Numbered from the stretch's first letter, positions 17,507 to 26,918 are shown. The stretch: DNA of 64,000 bases from Candidatus Bathyarchaeia archaeon (GCA_035319765.1 DATHCB010000148.1:1076-65075), one strand, 5' to 3'. The notes: a model not told the origin generated them from the letters alone. Program-made: numbers and translations.

Positions 17507-20500
17507 ATGGGAATGTTGAGGAGAATTGCTTCAAGCGTTATTATTGCTTTATTGTTTTTGAGTTTGTGTGCGTTCGCTTTTGATGTTCGAAGTGCAAAGG
17601 CGCAGTCTGGAACCATTTACATCAACCCAGATGGAAGCATAACCCCCTCTACAGCAAATATCACTACTCATAACGATGTCACGTACGCTTTCACGGGCAA
17701 CAACTACCTTCCTATAATCGTGAACAGAAGCAACATAATCATAGACGGCAGAGGTCACACACTCCAGGCCTCGGGAGAAACTGGACTTCTTCTGACTCAC
17801 ATGAGTAACGTTACTATAAAGAACATCACGATAACCGACAGCTCTTATGCCATTGATCTCTACTATTCTTCCGGCAATACTTTGTCAGACAATACCATAA
17901 CAGCAAATAGCGGGGTAGGGATTTACCTCGTCCAATCTTCAAACAATACCTTGTCTGCCAACGACGTCACAAGGAACGGTCTATCTGGCATTTTCCTCTT
18001 ATCTTCTTCTGATAATGTGTTATCGGGCAACAATATAACCGCAAACAGCGAAGATGGTATCCAGCTTGTCTCCTTGTCTGACAACAATATCTTGTACCAT
18101 AACGATATCGAAGCAAACACCAACTGGGGCATCGCCCTTAGCAATTCTTCTAGCAACGTTTTGTCCGACAACAACATTGGAGAAAACCTGTTGGATGGCA
18201 TTTTCATTCACTCTTCTTCTAACTGCATGATCGATGGCAACAATGTAACGGCAAACGCCTTCGATGGTATTGATCTGGAGCCCTCTTCTAACTGCACGAT
18301 CTCTGGCAACAACATAACAAGCAACAGCTATTACGGCGTTTATCTCGACTCCTCTTCTGGCAATACTTTGTCTGGCAATAACATTACAGCAAACGGCTGG
18401 GGTATTGATCTCGAATCTTCTGATGGCAACACTTTTTCTGGCAACAATGTCGCAGGAAACAGCTATGGTATTTTTCTCGACTATTCTTCTGGCAACACTT
18501 TTTCTGGCAACAACATCACACGAAACACAGGCTATTATGGCCTTTTTCTCTGGTCTTCTTCTGGTAATGTTTTGTCTGGCAACAACGTAGTAAACAACAC
18601 GGGGGGTGATGGTATTTTTCTCGACTATTCTTCTGGCAATGTTCTGTCTGGCAACGTGATGGCAGGTAACTTTGCGAACTTTGGTGTCTATGGTGTTGCT
18701 TTGAGCGATTTTGTGAATTATGTTGATGCTTCAAACCTCGTGGATGGCAAGCCCGTCTGCTACCTTGTGAATCAGTCGAACACGATGATAAGCCCCCAGA
18801 CTTACCCCGAGGGCGTTGGCTACGTGGGCCTAGTCAACTGCAAAAACGTGACAGTGCAAGGCTTGACGCTCACAAAAAATGGTCAGGGGCTCCTGCTGGC
18901 AAACGCGACCGATTCAAAAATCACCGGTAACGACGTCACTGCAAACGGCGGTGATGGTGTCGACCTCTGGTATTCTTCTGGTAACGTTTTATCCGGCAAC
19001 GACATAACAAACAACGGCGAAGAGGGTGTCTATCTCAATTCTTCGTCCAATTGCAGTGTCTCTGGAAACAACATAACCAACAACGATGATTGCGGCATCT
19101 CCATCGATTCTTCCAATTATAACACTATTTCGAGAAACAACGTAACAGCAAACAGCGATGATGGTATAGATCTCTTTTCTTTTGACAACAATAACACTTT
19201 GTCCAGTAACGATGTCACGGCAAACAGCATTCATGGCATTTTGCTTTCCTATTCTTCGGGTAACGTTTTGTCTGGCAACGTGATGGCAAATAACACGTAC
19301 AACTTTGGGGTCATTGTCGGCATTGGCTGTGTTTTGAGCGATTTTGTGAATTATGTTGATGCTTCGAACCTCGTGAATGGCAAGCCCATTTGCTACCTGA
19401 TTAATCAGTCTAATGTCGTGATAGGCCCACAGACCTATCCCAAGAGCGTTGGATACCTTGGCCTCGTCAACTGCAATAACGTCACAGTGCAAGGCTTAAC
19501 CCTCACAAGAAATGGCCAAGGAGTCCTGTTAGCAAACACAACCGATTCAAAAATCACCGACAACAATCTTAATGCAAACAGCAATGATGGTGTTGACCTC
19601 TGGCATTCTTCTGGTAACGTTTTATCCGACAACAACATGACAAACAACGGCGCATACGGCGTCTATCTCCAGTCTTCCTCTAATTGCAGTGTCTCTGAAA
19701 ACAACATAACCAACAACTTTTATTGCGGCGTCTCTATCGATTCTTCCAATTATACTACCGTTTCGGGAAACAACGTAACAAATAGCAGTGATTGTATCAC
19801 TCTCGCTTCTTCTGACAACAATACCCTGTCGGGCAACAACGTCACGGCAAACAGCGGTTTTGGTATTACTTTCTTTTTTTCCGACAACAATACGCTGTCG
19901 GGCAACAACATCATGGCAAGCAGCTGGTATGGCATCTATTTCGACGCTTCTTCTGGTAATGTTTTGTCCGGCAACAACGCAACAGCGAACGGCATTGGTG
20001 TTTGCTTCTACCTTTCTGACAATAATACTCTATCTGATAACAACGTAGCAAACAACGAGCAGGGCGTTTATCTCGGCGCTTCTTCTGACAACACGTTTTT
20101 CCATAACAACTTCATAAACAACACTCAGCATGTGCAGAGCGACGGCTCACCGAACACTTGGGACAACGGCTATCCTTCCGGCGGAAACTACTGGAGCGAC
20201 TATCAAACGGCGTATCCTAGCGCTGCGGAGAATGACAGCTCGGGCATCTGGAACATGCCGTACAACGTTAGCAGCGGCAACGTCGACAGGTATCCGCTTA
20301 TGGCGCCTTTCAAGAGCTTCAACGTCGCATGGAACAATCAAGCATACTCTGTCGACACTGACAGCAACTCCACGCTGAGCAACTTCATCTTCAACGCAAC
20401 CACTAAAACACTTAGCTTCGACGCGACGGGCACGAGAGGCACCGTAGGCTTGTGCAGAGTCGCTATACCCTTGTCGCTCATGTCAGGATTATGGGCTGTT

Positions 20501-20740
20501 ACCGTGAACGGAACGTCAATCTCCTATAGCACGATCACAGTTTCGAACTACACCTACATCTACTTCACGTATCATCAAAGCACAGAAATGGTCAAGATAA
20601 CGAGCACAAGCGCAGTCCCAGAATTCCAGCCCTATATGCTGCTGCCCCTGTTCATGATAATAACATTGCTCGGCGCCATGATCTTCAAGAGGAAGCAAAA
20701 CGTGAAAAAGCTCACTATCGCGCGTGGGCAAAATCCTTGA
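17507..20740 (+). CDS. Large secreted NosD-like parallel beta-helix surface protein (1077 aa) with an internally duplicated 208-aa module and PEF-CTERM-type anchor
   Basis: Paralog of CDS 8884-10656 at the N-terminus, C-terminal domain and anchor (AVPEFQPYMLLPLFMIITLLGAMIFKRKQ; PEF at 20618-20626). The module starting GNVMA..N...FGV is present twice, starting near 18650 and 19274. Confidence 0.9.
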   Translation: MGMLRRIASSVIIALLFLSLCAFAFDVRSAKAQSGTIYINPDGSITPSTANITTHNDVTYAFTGNNYLPIIVNRSNIIIDGRGHTLQASGETGLLLTHMSNVTIKNITITDSSYAIDLYYSSGNTLSDNTITANSGVGIYLVQSSNNTLSANDVTRNGLSGIFLLSSSDNVLSGNNITANSEDGIQLVSLSDNNILYHNDIEANTNWGIALSNSSSNVLSDNNIGENLLDGIFIHSSSNCMIDGNNVTANAFDGIDLEPSSNCTISGNNITSNSYYGVYLDSSSGNTLSGNNITANGWGIDLESSDGNTFSGNNVAGNSYGIFLDYSSGNTFSGNNITRNTGYYGLFLWSSSGNVLSGNNVVNNTGGDGIFLDYSSGNVLSGNVMAGNFANFGVYGVALSDFVNYVDASNLVDGKPVCYLVNQSNTMISPQTYPEGVGYVGLVNCKNVTVQGLTLTKNGQGLLLANATDSKITGNDVTANGGDGVDLWYSSGNVLSGNDITNNGEEGVYLNSSSNCSVSGNNITNNDDCGISIDSSNYNTISRNNVTANSDDGIDLFSFDNNNTLSSNDVTANSIHGILLSYSSGNVLSGNVMANNTYNFGVIVGIGCVLSDFVNYVDASNLVNGKPICYLINQSNVVIGPQTYPKSVGYLGLVNCNNVTVQGLTLTRNGQGVLLANTTDSKITDNNLNANSNDGVDLWHSSGNVLSDNNMTNNGAYGVYLQSSSNCSVSENNITNNFYCGVSIDSSNYTTVSGNNVTNSSDCITLASSDNNTLSGNNVTANSGFGITFFFSDNNTLSGNNIMASSWYGIYFDASSGNVLSGNNATANGIGVCFYLSDNNTLSDNNVANNEQGVYLGASSDNTFFHNNFINNTQHVQSDGSPNTWDNGYPSGGNYWSDYQTAYPSAAENDSSGIWNMPYNVSSGNVDRYPLMAPFKSFNVAWNNQAYSVDTDSNSTLSNFIFNATTKTLSFDATGTRGTVGLCRVAIPLSLMSGLWAVTVNGTSISYSTITVSNYTYIYFTYHQSTEMVKITSTSAVPEFQPYMLLPLFMIITLLGAMIFKRKQNVKKLTIARGQNP

Positions 20741-20891
20741 ACCCGTAAAAGCATAAATCTTAACTCTAACGACACCGCACTTCTCCAAGGGGCCACGAAA
20801 CTGCCGAGAAGAGATGTTGTGAAGTACATATCGTTCTCATTGCTAGCACAAAATGAGTACGCGACGCTCCTTACACATGTTGATTGCCTAC

Positions 20892-20928
20892 GGTTGGGTT
20901 GGGATAAAACTTTACCCCCAACCTAACC
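20892..20928 (+). repeat. 16-mer family copy g with hairpin arms: GGTTGGGTTGGG-ATAAAACTTTA-CCCCCAACCTAACC
   Basis: Core at 20902-20917. 12-bp stem including one G-T pair. Lies 102 nt upstream of the CDS 21019 start. Confidence 0.85.
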
Positions 20929-21018
20929 TTTCATCTGAATTCTGTATTCATAATCTATTTTGCGGACATCAACTTCTGAAGTAATTAGAATGGGACTGGC
21001 GAACGCAGAGGAAATGAC

Positions 21019-21468
21019 TTGCAGAAAGCAGAGACTAACAAGCATGCTATTTCGCCAAAACTATTCGCTATTCTGTATCTTGTCGTGGTTTGCGGAGTAT
21101 TCGTGGGCTGGTGGGCTGTCGGCATGTGGTGGATAAACCTGAACCAACCCAATTTTGGGCCAGCTAAAATAGATCAATTCCAAGTGAAATCGGTGACGTT
21201 CTTCGGCACCGCTCCCAATTACACAGCGATCAACATGACGATTCAAAATACGAGAAGCCCGTCGTGGACGATTGCCACTCCAGCTTATGTTAACTCACTC
21301 ACAAATGTACCTCTAATTTCTATAGGCAACAAAGGCAATCTCAACTGTACTAGCGGCAAAACCATCCGTATCTCTCTCACAACTCCATGCACGAGCGGAA
21401 ACCAGTACAGCGTAACCCTCTTTGTGACAGATGGCAACAAGATAACCTACGTTGCCTATGCACCGTAG
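21019..21468 (+). CDS. Small N-terminally anchored extracellular protein, function unknown
   Basis: One N-terminal TM helix (LFAILYLVVVCGVFVGWWAVGMWW) followed by a beta-rich domain with sequons. TTG start uncertain. Confidence 0.5.
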   Translation: MQKAETNKHAISPKLFAILYLVVVCGVFVGWWAVGMWWINLNQPNFGPAKIDQFQVKSVTFFGTAPNYTAINMTIQNTRSPSWTIATPAYVNSLTNVPLISIGNKGNLNCTSGKTIRISLTTPCTSGNQYSVTLFVTDGNKITYVAYAP

Positions 21469-21925
21469 TCGCGCGTGCTATCTTGGGCATTCTCCAAAAA
21501 ACTTGGAACAAGTGCACGCTAACCGCAAGACTCCTTAAATATCCTCGTGTCGTGTGCGCGAGGTCAATCGTTTCTTCGTCCTGATGCCGCGCGCGCGACT
21601 GGTCAGGTTAGGAAACAAGAATTGTGGAATTGTGAACTCTCTTGACTGTTTTGGCGCTCCATGAAAATATTAGCCTGTTGATTTAACTTAAATGCAAAAT
21701 TGATTAGAAAAACGTAAACTCTAATAAGCTGGATTTCGAACAGAGTATATAAGGGGATGAAAGCAAGGTTGAATTGGTTTAGAATTTCTCCTATCTCTAA
21801 TCCGAGGTAAACTTTGCTCTCATCCCCGTGAGACCTGCTTGTTATTTAGTTCATGGTTACGTAAAAGGCTTGTGAAATGATCTTCTAGAACATCTGTCTG
21901 CATCATGTGTGCCCATGTTCTGGTG

Positions 21926-22984
21926 TTAGTTTCCTCGTTCTATTAGGAGCCTCTCGAGTTTTGATCGGACTTCTTCCTTGTTCTTCGTTGCGAAGTACCA
22001 TTTGATCGTTTTCTCGAAGCCTTCTTTGTAGTCGATTTTTGGTCTCCATCCTAGGAGCTTTTCAGATTTCTCCAAGCTGGCTGCTCTGGAGGCCGCTCCT
22101 TGTGGCTTGTCGAGATCGTGCAATATAGTCTTGGGTCTCCATCCCACTACCTTGAATATCAGTTCAGCGGCTTGGTCTATGGTGATCCTGTCGTCCCTGC
22201 CGGCGTTGATTGGAGTGCCGTCCTCTATTTTCTCTGAGGCCAGTATGAGCGCGTCCACTATGTCTTGGACATAGGTGAAGTTTCTGTCTTGTTTGCCCGT
22301 TCCCCAGATGACGAACGGATCAGCCCTGATGAACGCCCTCGCGATCAGCGATATGATCGCATGCGTCTCGTTTTCCCTAGGACCATAAGCCGTGAATATT
22401 CTTACCGCCGACGTCTTCACGCTGTGCTCCCTGTGGTACGCTTTCAAGGCGGTCTCTCCCATCAGTTTAGCCCAGCCGTACTCTAGATCGGCAAGGGCTT
22501 TGTCCCTGACGAACGCGTCAGCATCCTCCTCTCGCAACAGGTAAGAAGATCCGACTTCATCCTGCAAAAAAGTCGGATACACACAAGCAGAACTGGCGAA
22601 GCAAATTCTTTCTACCCCAGCCCTGAACGCCTCCTCGAACACCAGCTGATCCAGAATCATATTCGTGCAGCACTCAGCCGGATGAAGATCAATGTACCCT
22701 CTTCCTCCGTGCAAGGCGGCCAAATGAAAAACAGTGTCAACATCCTTCATCACAGAACACGCGAAGCATTTGTCCTTGAGGTCGCCTTGCCGAACCTTCA
22801 GGTTGTCCGCTGTCCAAGTAGTCGAATCCGCTTGCTTCAATGAATACTCGAGATTAGCGAGCCTTCCACTTGAAAAATCATCAGCAACCGTCACGACAGC
22901 CCCATTCTTCAGCAACGTATCAATTAGGTGACTCCCTATGAAAGATGCCCCACCTGTAACGAGGATTTTAGCGCTAGACATCAA
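21926..22984 (-). CDS. NAD-dependent sugar-nucleotide epimerase/dehydratase (extended SDR)
   Basis: ILVTGGASFIGSHL Rossmann motif and catalytic YGWAK (YxxxK). Confidence 0.85.
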   Translation of the reverse strand: MMSSAKILVTGGASFIGSHLIDTLLKNGAVVTVADDFSSGRLANLEYSLKQADSTTWTADNLKVRQGDLKDKCFACSVMKDVDTVFHLAALHGGRGYIDLHPAECCTNMILDQLVFEEAFRAGVERICFASSACVYPTFLQDEVGSSYLLREEDADAFVRDKALADLEYGWAKLMGETALKAYHREHSVKTSAVRIFTAYGPRENETHAIISLIARAFIRADPFVIWGTGKQDRNFTYVQDIVDALILASEKIEDGTPINAGRDDRITIDQAAELIFKVVGWRPKTILHDLDKPQGAASRAASLEKSEKLLGWRPKIDYKEGFEKTIKWYFATKNKEEVRSKLERLLIERGN

Positions 22985-23251
22985 GTCTCAGGATTGAACT
23001 ATCTAGTGTCGTTTTAATATGTCTGCTGGATGTTTGTTATAGAAGATTAATGAGCTTGCTTCGACCCGTTTTCGCCTAGAAGCCTATGAGCTTTTTGAGC
23101 AGTGCACGCGGTTACTGAAAACTCAGTCTGGCGCGCGTGAGACCCAACTGCCGATAAAACCTGTACCGCTTATGACTAACGACCTTTTTTTGCCGCGTAA
23201 ACGTGCCGCTATAGAAGATTCTCTCTTTCTTTAATATTTTCAAGAATTAGG

Positions 23252-23455
23252 TCATATATCGTTTGCTGGTCTATCCTGAAAACGTTGGTGCGACAGCGAA
23301 AGAGCGCTCCAGTATCTTTCAAGATTGCCTATGTCTAGACGTTTGTGGTCCTTTCTCAACTTGACAGCGTACACCCTCAAACCCCAATCGACAAGCATTT
23401 GGATGGCGTCGGTAAGCTGGATCTCCCCGCTCCTTCCTGGTTGAGTCTGCTCCAA
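23252..23455 (-). pseudogene. C-terminal remnant of a sugar-1-phosphate nucleotidyltransferase (GalU/RmlA-like)
   Basis: GEIQLTDAIQMLVD..L.VYAV.L....R.DIGN...Y matches only the last roughly 60 aa of this family. No upstream coding continuation, and only a TTG start. Confidence 0.5.
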
Positions 23456-23555
23456 GCGCGCGCTTAATGAGGCGGAGTGGGAAATAGAACAATAAGTTTA
23501 TGCACGCTAAAAACTAGTGAGATTGAGGTGATGAATTACGGAGACTAAGACTATT

Positions 23556-24542
23556 TTGGTCACTGGCGGAGCAGGGTTTTTGGGATCTTGGTTAGTCGAT
23601 GAGCTAATCAAGAGAGGGCATAATGTAATCAGCGTTGATAGTTTACTGGGTGGCTACAGTAGGAATGTCAATAAGGACTGCGTTTTTTTGAAGATTGACC
23701 TCAGGAACAAGACTAAGGTTGATGTTGTCGTCAAGAAAGTTGACATAATTTTCCATCTTGCAGCTTATGCGGCAGAGGGTCAATCCTTTTTTTCCCCAAT
23801 TGCAATTAATGACATAAACATCACGCCCATGAACAACTTGCTTGTTGCAGGGGCTAACAGAAATTTAGAAAGATTTGTATTCACTTCTTCCATGGCCGTT
23901 TATGGCAGGCAATCTATACCATTCAATGAAGAGATGTCTAGAAAACCCGTGGATCCTTATGGGGTAGGCAAAACCTATTGTGAAATGATGCTAGAAATAT
24001 TTGCAAGAACTTATGGGTTTGAGCATGTCATAATTCGACCTCACAATGTATACGGTCCGAGGCAGAATATTGCGGATGCTTACAGAAATGTTTTAGGCAT
24101 ATGGATGAACAGGATTCTTCGGGCCAAGCCACCAATAATCTTTGGAGACGGCGAACAGACGCGTGCCTTCTCGTACATAGAAGATGTTAACCCAGCAATG
24201 GCTAATGCCGCTTCCTTCAAAGAGGCGGTTGGTCAAATAATTAATGTTGGAAGCGATGAAGTGGTTTCGATAAATAAAGCATGTTCGATAGTTTTGGAAG
24301 CAATGGGCAGCAACTTGAAACCAATTTTTATGGAAGAGAGACCAGGTGAAGTCAAACATGCCTATTGTACGGTCGAGAAATCCATGAAACTCTTGCATTA
24401 CGAGACTAAACATTCATTAAAGGAAGGAGTGACAAAAATGGTAGAATGGGCAAAACAGTTTGGTCCACAGGAACCTACATATACGCTTCCTTTGGAAATT
24501 AACAAGAATGCTCCAGTAGTCTGGACAGGAAGGCTAATGTAG
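23556..24542 (+). CDS. NAD-dependent sugar-nucleotide epimerase/dehydratase (extended SDR)
   Basis: VTGGAGFLGSWL and YGVGK (YxxxK). The only in-frame canonical start is TTG 23556, because a TGA lies at 23532. Confidence 0.85.
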   Translation: MVTGGAGFLGSWLVDELIKRGHNVISVDSLLGGYSRNVNKDCVFLKIDLRNKTKVDVVVKKVDIIFHLAAYAAEGQSFFSPIAINDINITPMNNLLVAGANRNLERFVFTSSMAVYGRQSIPFNEEMSRKPVDPYGVGKTYCEMMLEIFARTYGFEHVIIRPHNVYGPRQNIADAYRNVLGIWMNRILRAKPPIIFGDGEQTRAFSYIEDVNPAMANAASFKEAVGQIINVGSDEVVSINKACSIVLEAMGSNLKPIFMEERPGEVKHAYCTVEKSMKLLHYETKHSLKEGVTKMVEWAKQFGPQEPTYTLPLEINKNAPVVWTGRLM

Positions 24543-24576
24543 CCTACATACTTGCGCGTTAGAATTTTGGGCGGGC

Positions 24577-24793
24577 ATGAGCGCCAAGTTTAGAGACCTG
24601 AGCAAAGTCAATGAGGATCAGCATAACCGAGTCATCTTCAAGAAGAAGGAGAGTTTTGAGAGATTTCTGGGAAGGACCTGAACCTTTTGCTTAGCAAGAA
24701 CTTTTGAGAAAGATTAGGAAAGGGGTTATTCTTGACTTCGGCTGTGGCAGAGGAATTGGCATAAGGCGTTTTAGCGCGCTACCTACCTTGTAG
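24577..24793 (+). pseudogene. Disrupted remnant of a class I SAM-dependent methyltransferase
   Basis: ATG 24577 gives 34 aa then TGA at 24679. A second frame (24695-24793) encodes ..KGVILDFGCGRGIGIRRF (SAM motif I) and runs into the 3' end of the convergent gene. Confidence 0.4.
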
Positions 24794-26917
24794 TATGACT
24801 GGGTTTCCCCAGTATGCCCAATCGTGGTAGGCGTTCCCATTAGGTCCTGAATTGTCAGCAAAACATATGGTGACGTTCTGGCCGGCGTACTGATTCAAGT
24901 TTATTTCATAGTTGAGCCAATTTCTATCCTCAATATTCTCTCGCGGATTAATTAGTTTAGAGAATATCAAATTAGAGCTTTGATTGTCTATTATGAATAT
25001 TTCAAACTGAACTCCCTCTTCGTTACTTGTTTCCCAGACAGAAGGGTCAATCGCTATACTGAATTTGAGTGTCGAATTTTGAGGTATATTAACATTAGAA
25101 TAGCTGATGTAGGAGTTGGGAATAAACGACCCATTACCCGGAAGAGGCTGCTGGAAAATAGACACTTGCGTTTCGTTATTCACTGTTAAAGAAGCAACGT
25201 AAGGCATGAATATCGATTCATTTCCAAAAGTCTGCTCTGTACTTCCTTTTCCCCCGCTTTGTAAATCATATTCCAATGTCGCATTAGAGAATTGTTGAAC
25301 AAAACTATAGAAAGCCCATTCTCCCTGTGTGTTATACTTACTAAATATGTTAGCTCCGTCGATGCTTTCAACATATGAATATTTGTTCAAAGTGATATCA
25401 ACGATGGAGTCATTTACTCCTTGAAGGCCAGTAAGATTTGGCCAGAAGAGAACAATATAATCAAAGTCGCCGTCATTAACCATATTCACTATTCTTTGGT
25501 ACTCTTCACTTGGGATATTTTCATTAACCGGATTTCGCACTGAGACATACTCGCTAGTGAAGTTGTGACCTGACAGCCAATAAATAGTTGCAGCTCCCCA
25601 ATTTGACCAGACCAGAATTTCATTGCCTTTTGGCGTGTTAGCATTAAGAAAGTTAGCAACTTTTAGTTGCTGATTGTAATTCGTCATGGCTATATCGCCT
25701 GAGGCGGACCAACTAATAAACTCCCAATTCATATTTGAATCAGGATACTGATAGGCTGACAGAAAGAAGGCAGGTACAAAAGATATTATCAATAGAGCAA
25801 TGAGTAGAACGCCAGCGATATTTTTCGTATTTCCCTTTGGAAACGTTGAGATAGAACACACTGCGACACTTGCAAGAATTGAAGCTGGTGCGATCAAGAT
25901 TGCATAATGATGACTGAAGTTCGGAGGTATGCTGGCGGCAAGAAAAAGCAGAAGCGTCAAAGTCAAGGCAAAGATGCCAGACTTGGCATAGTATTTCTTT
26001 TGATATAGGCATACTATGGCTCCGAAAATGGCAAAAAGCCATAATGGTAGACCCTCAAAAATTGTCAAAAACTGAATGCCAAAAAGCTGAATGCCAGAGA
26101 GCGCATTAGCAGTTGATAAATAAAGGTTTCCCGGAAGGTAAAAAAGAAAATAATTTCGAATGAACGAAGAGAGGATACCTTGGTTCCAGAAGTAAATAAA
26201 GAACACTGCAAAAAGCAAAATTGCGCCTGCGACCAATGACAACATGTTAATTACCAAGCCTTTAACGAAATGAAGCCTAGTTTCTAAGCTCCTTTTGGAG
26301 GGATCACGGGAAAAAATGAGCATAATTAGAAGAAAGACGATAATTATGAATTGGCTTTGCATTATGAAGAAAGCAGCCGATGCCATAAATCCAGAAATGA
26401 ACAATGCAATTCGTCTTTTGCTTTTTAGAAACTTGTTGCAAAAATAGATAGAAAATATGACGAAAGGTATGGAAGCAGACTCAACCATTACCATTTGAGC
26501 TTCGAAAGCGGGTGCATTCATAAATACCCCATAAAACAGGGCTGAAATGAGCCCCACTTTTCTACCGAACCAGTCCTTAACGAAGAGATACAAGACTACA
26601 ATCGACAACAAAAATAATACATCATTCATCAGCCGAATAGGTATTATAGTATTGCCAAAAACAGAGATGGGTATCCTCTCCAAAAATGATAAAAGTAATC
26701 CTTTGGTAATGATGATATTAGAAAATGGTTTGTACCCTAGATTCCACAACCAAGCGGCGTAAGCGGAATACCCCTCGTCTCCCTCAATCGTGGTTTGAAG
26801 CCACAGCAGCCTAAGAATAAAGGAAAAAACCACTACGCCAATCAAAATTCTGTGTTCTCTGAAAAATAGAAGGATAGAATCTTTGTACCCTTTTCTTTCA
26901 ACCGTGCATACACTCAT
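24779..26917 (-). CDS. GT-C fold membrane glycosyltransferase (ArnT/PMT_2-like or divergent STT3/AglB-like) with large C-terminal soluble domain
   Basis: About 12 N-terminal TM helices. First-loop acidic motif EGDEGYSAY (aa 45-53). After the last TM, FLNANTPKGNEILVWSNWGAATIYW sits where STT3/AglB/PglB carry ..NTP....V.SWWDYG. Confidence 0.8.
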   Translation of the reverse strand: MSVCTVERKGYKDSILLFFREHRILIGVVVFSFILRLLWLQTTIEGDEGYSAYAAWLWNLGYKPFSNIIITKGLLLSFLERIPISVFGNTIIPIRLMNDVLFLLSIVVLYLFVKDWFGRKVGLISALFYGVFMNAPAFEAQMVMVESASIPFVIFSIYFCNKFLKSKRRIALFISGFMASAAFFIMQSQFIIIVFLLIMLIFSRDPSKRSLETRLHFVKGLVINMLSLVAGAILLFAVFFIYFWNQGILSSFIRNYFLFYLPGNLYLSTANALSGIQLFGIQFLTIFEGLPLWLFAIFGAIVCLYQKKYYAKSGIFALTLTLLLFLAASIPPNFSHHYAILIAPASILASVAVCSISTFPKGNTKNIAGVLLIALLIISFVPAFFLSAYQYPDSNMNWEFISWSASGDIAMTNYNQQLKVANFLNANTPKGNEILVWSNWGAATIYWLSGHNFTSEYVSVRNPVNENIPSEEYQRIVNMVNDGDFDYIVLFWPNLTGLQGVNDSIVDITLNKYSYVESIDGANIFSKYNTQGEWAFYSFVQQFSNATLEYDLQSGGKGSTEQTFGNESIFMPYVASLTVNNETQVSIFQQPLPGNGSFIPNSYISYSNVNIPQNSTLKFSIAIDPSVWETSNEEGVQFEIFIIDNQSSNLIFSKLINPRENIEDRNWLNYEINLNQYAGQNVTICFADNSGPNGNAYHDWAYWGNPVILQGR

Positions 26918-26918
26918 C

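Noticed and set aside
8645-20928. Whether the recurring 16-mer could be a CRISPR array.
   Set aside because: The copies are 1-4 kb apart and separated by genes. The spacing is irregular and both orientations occur. There are no cas genes and no uniform spacers.
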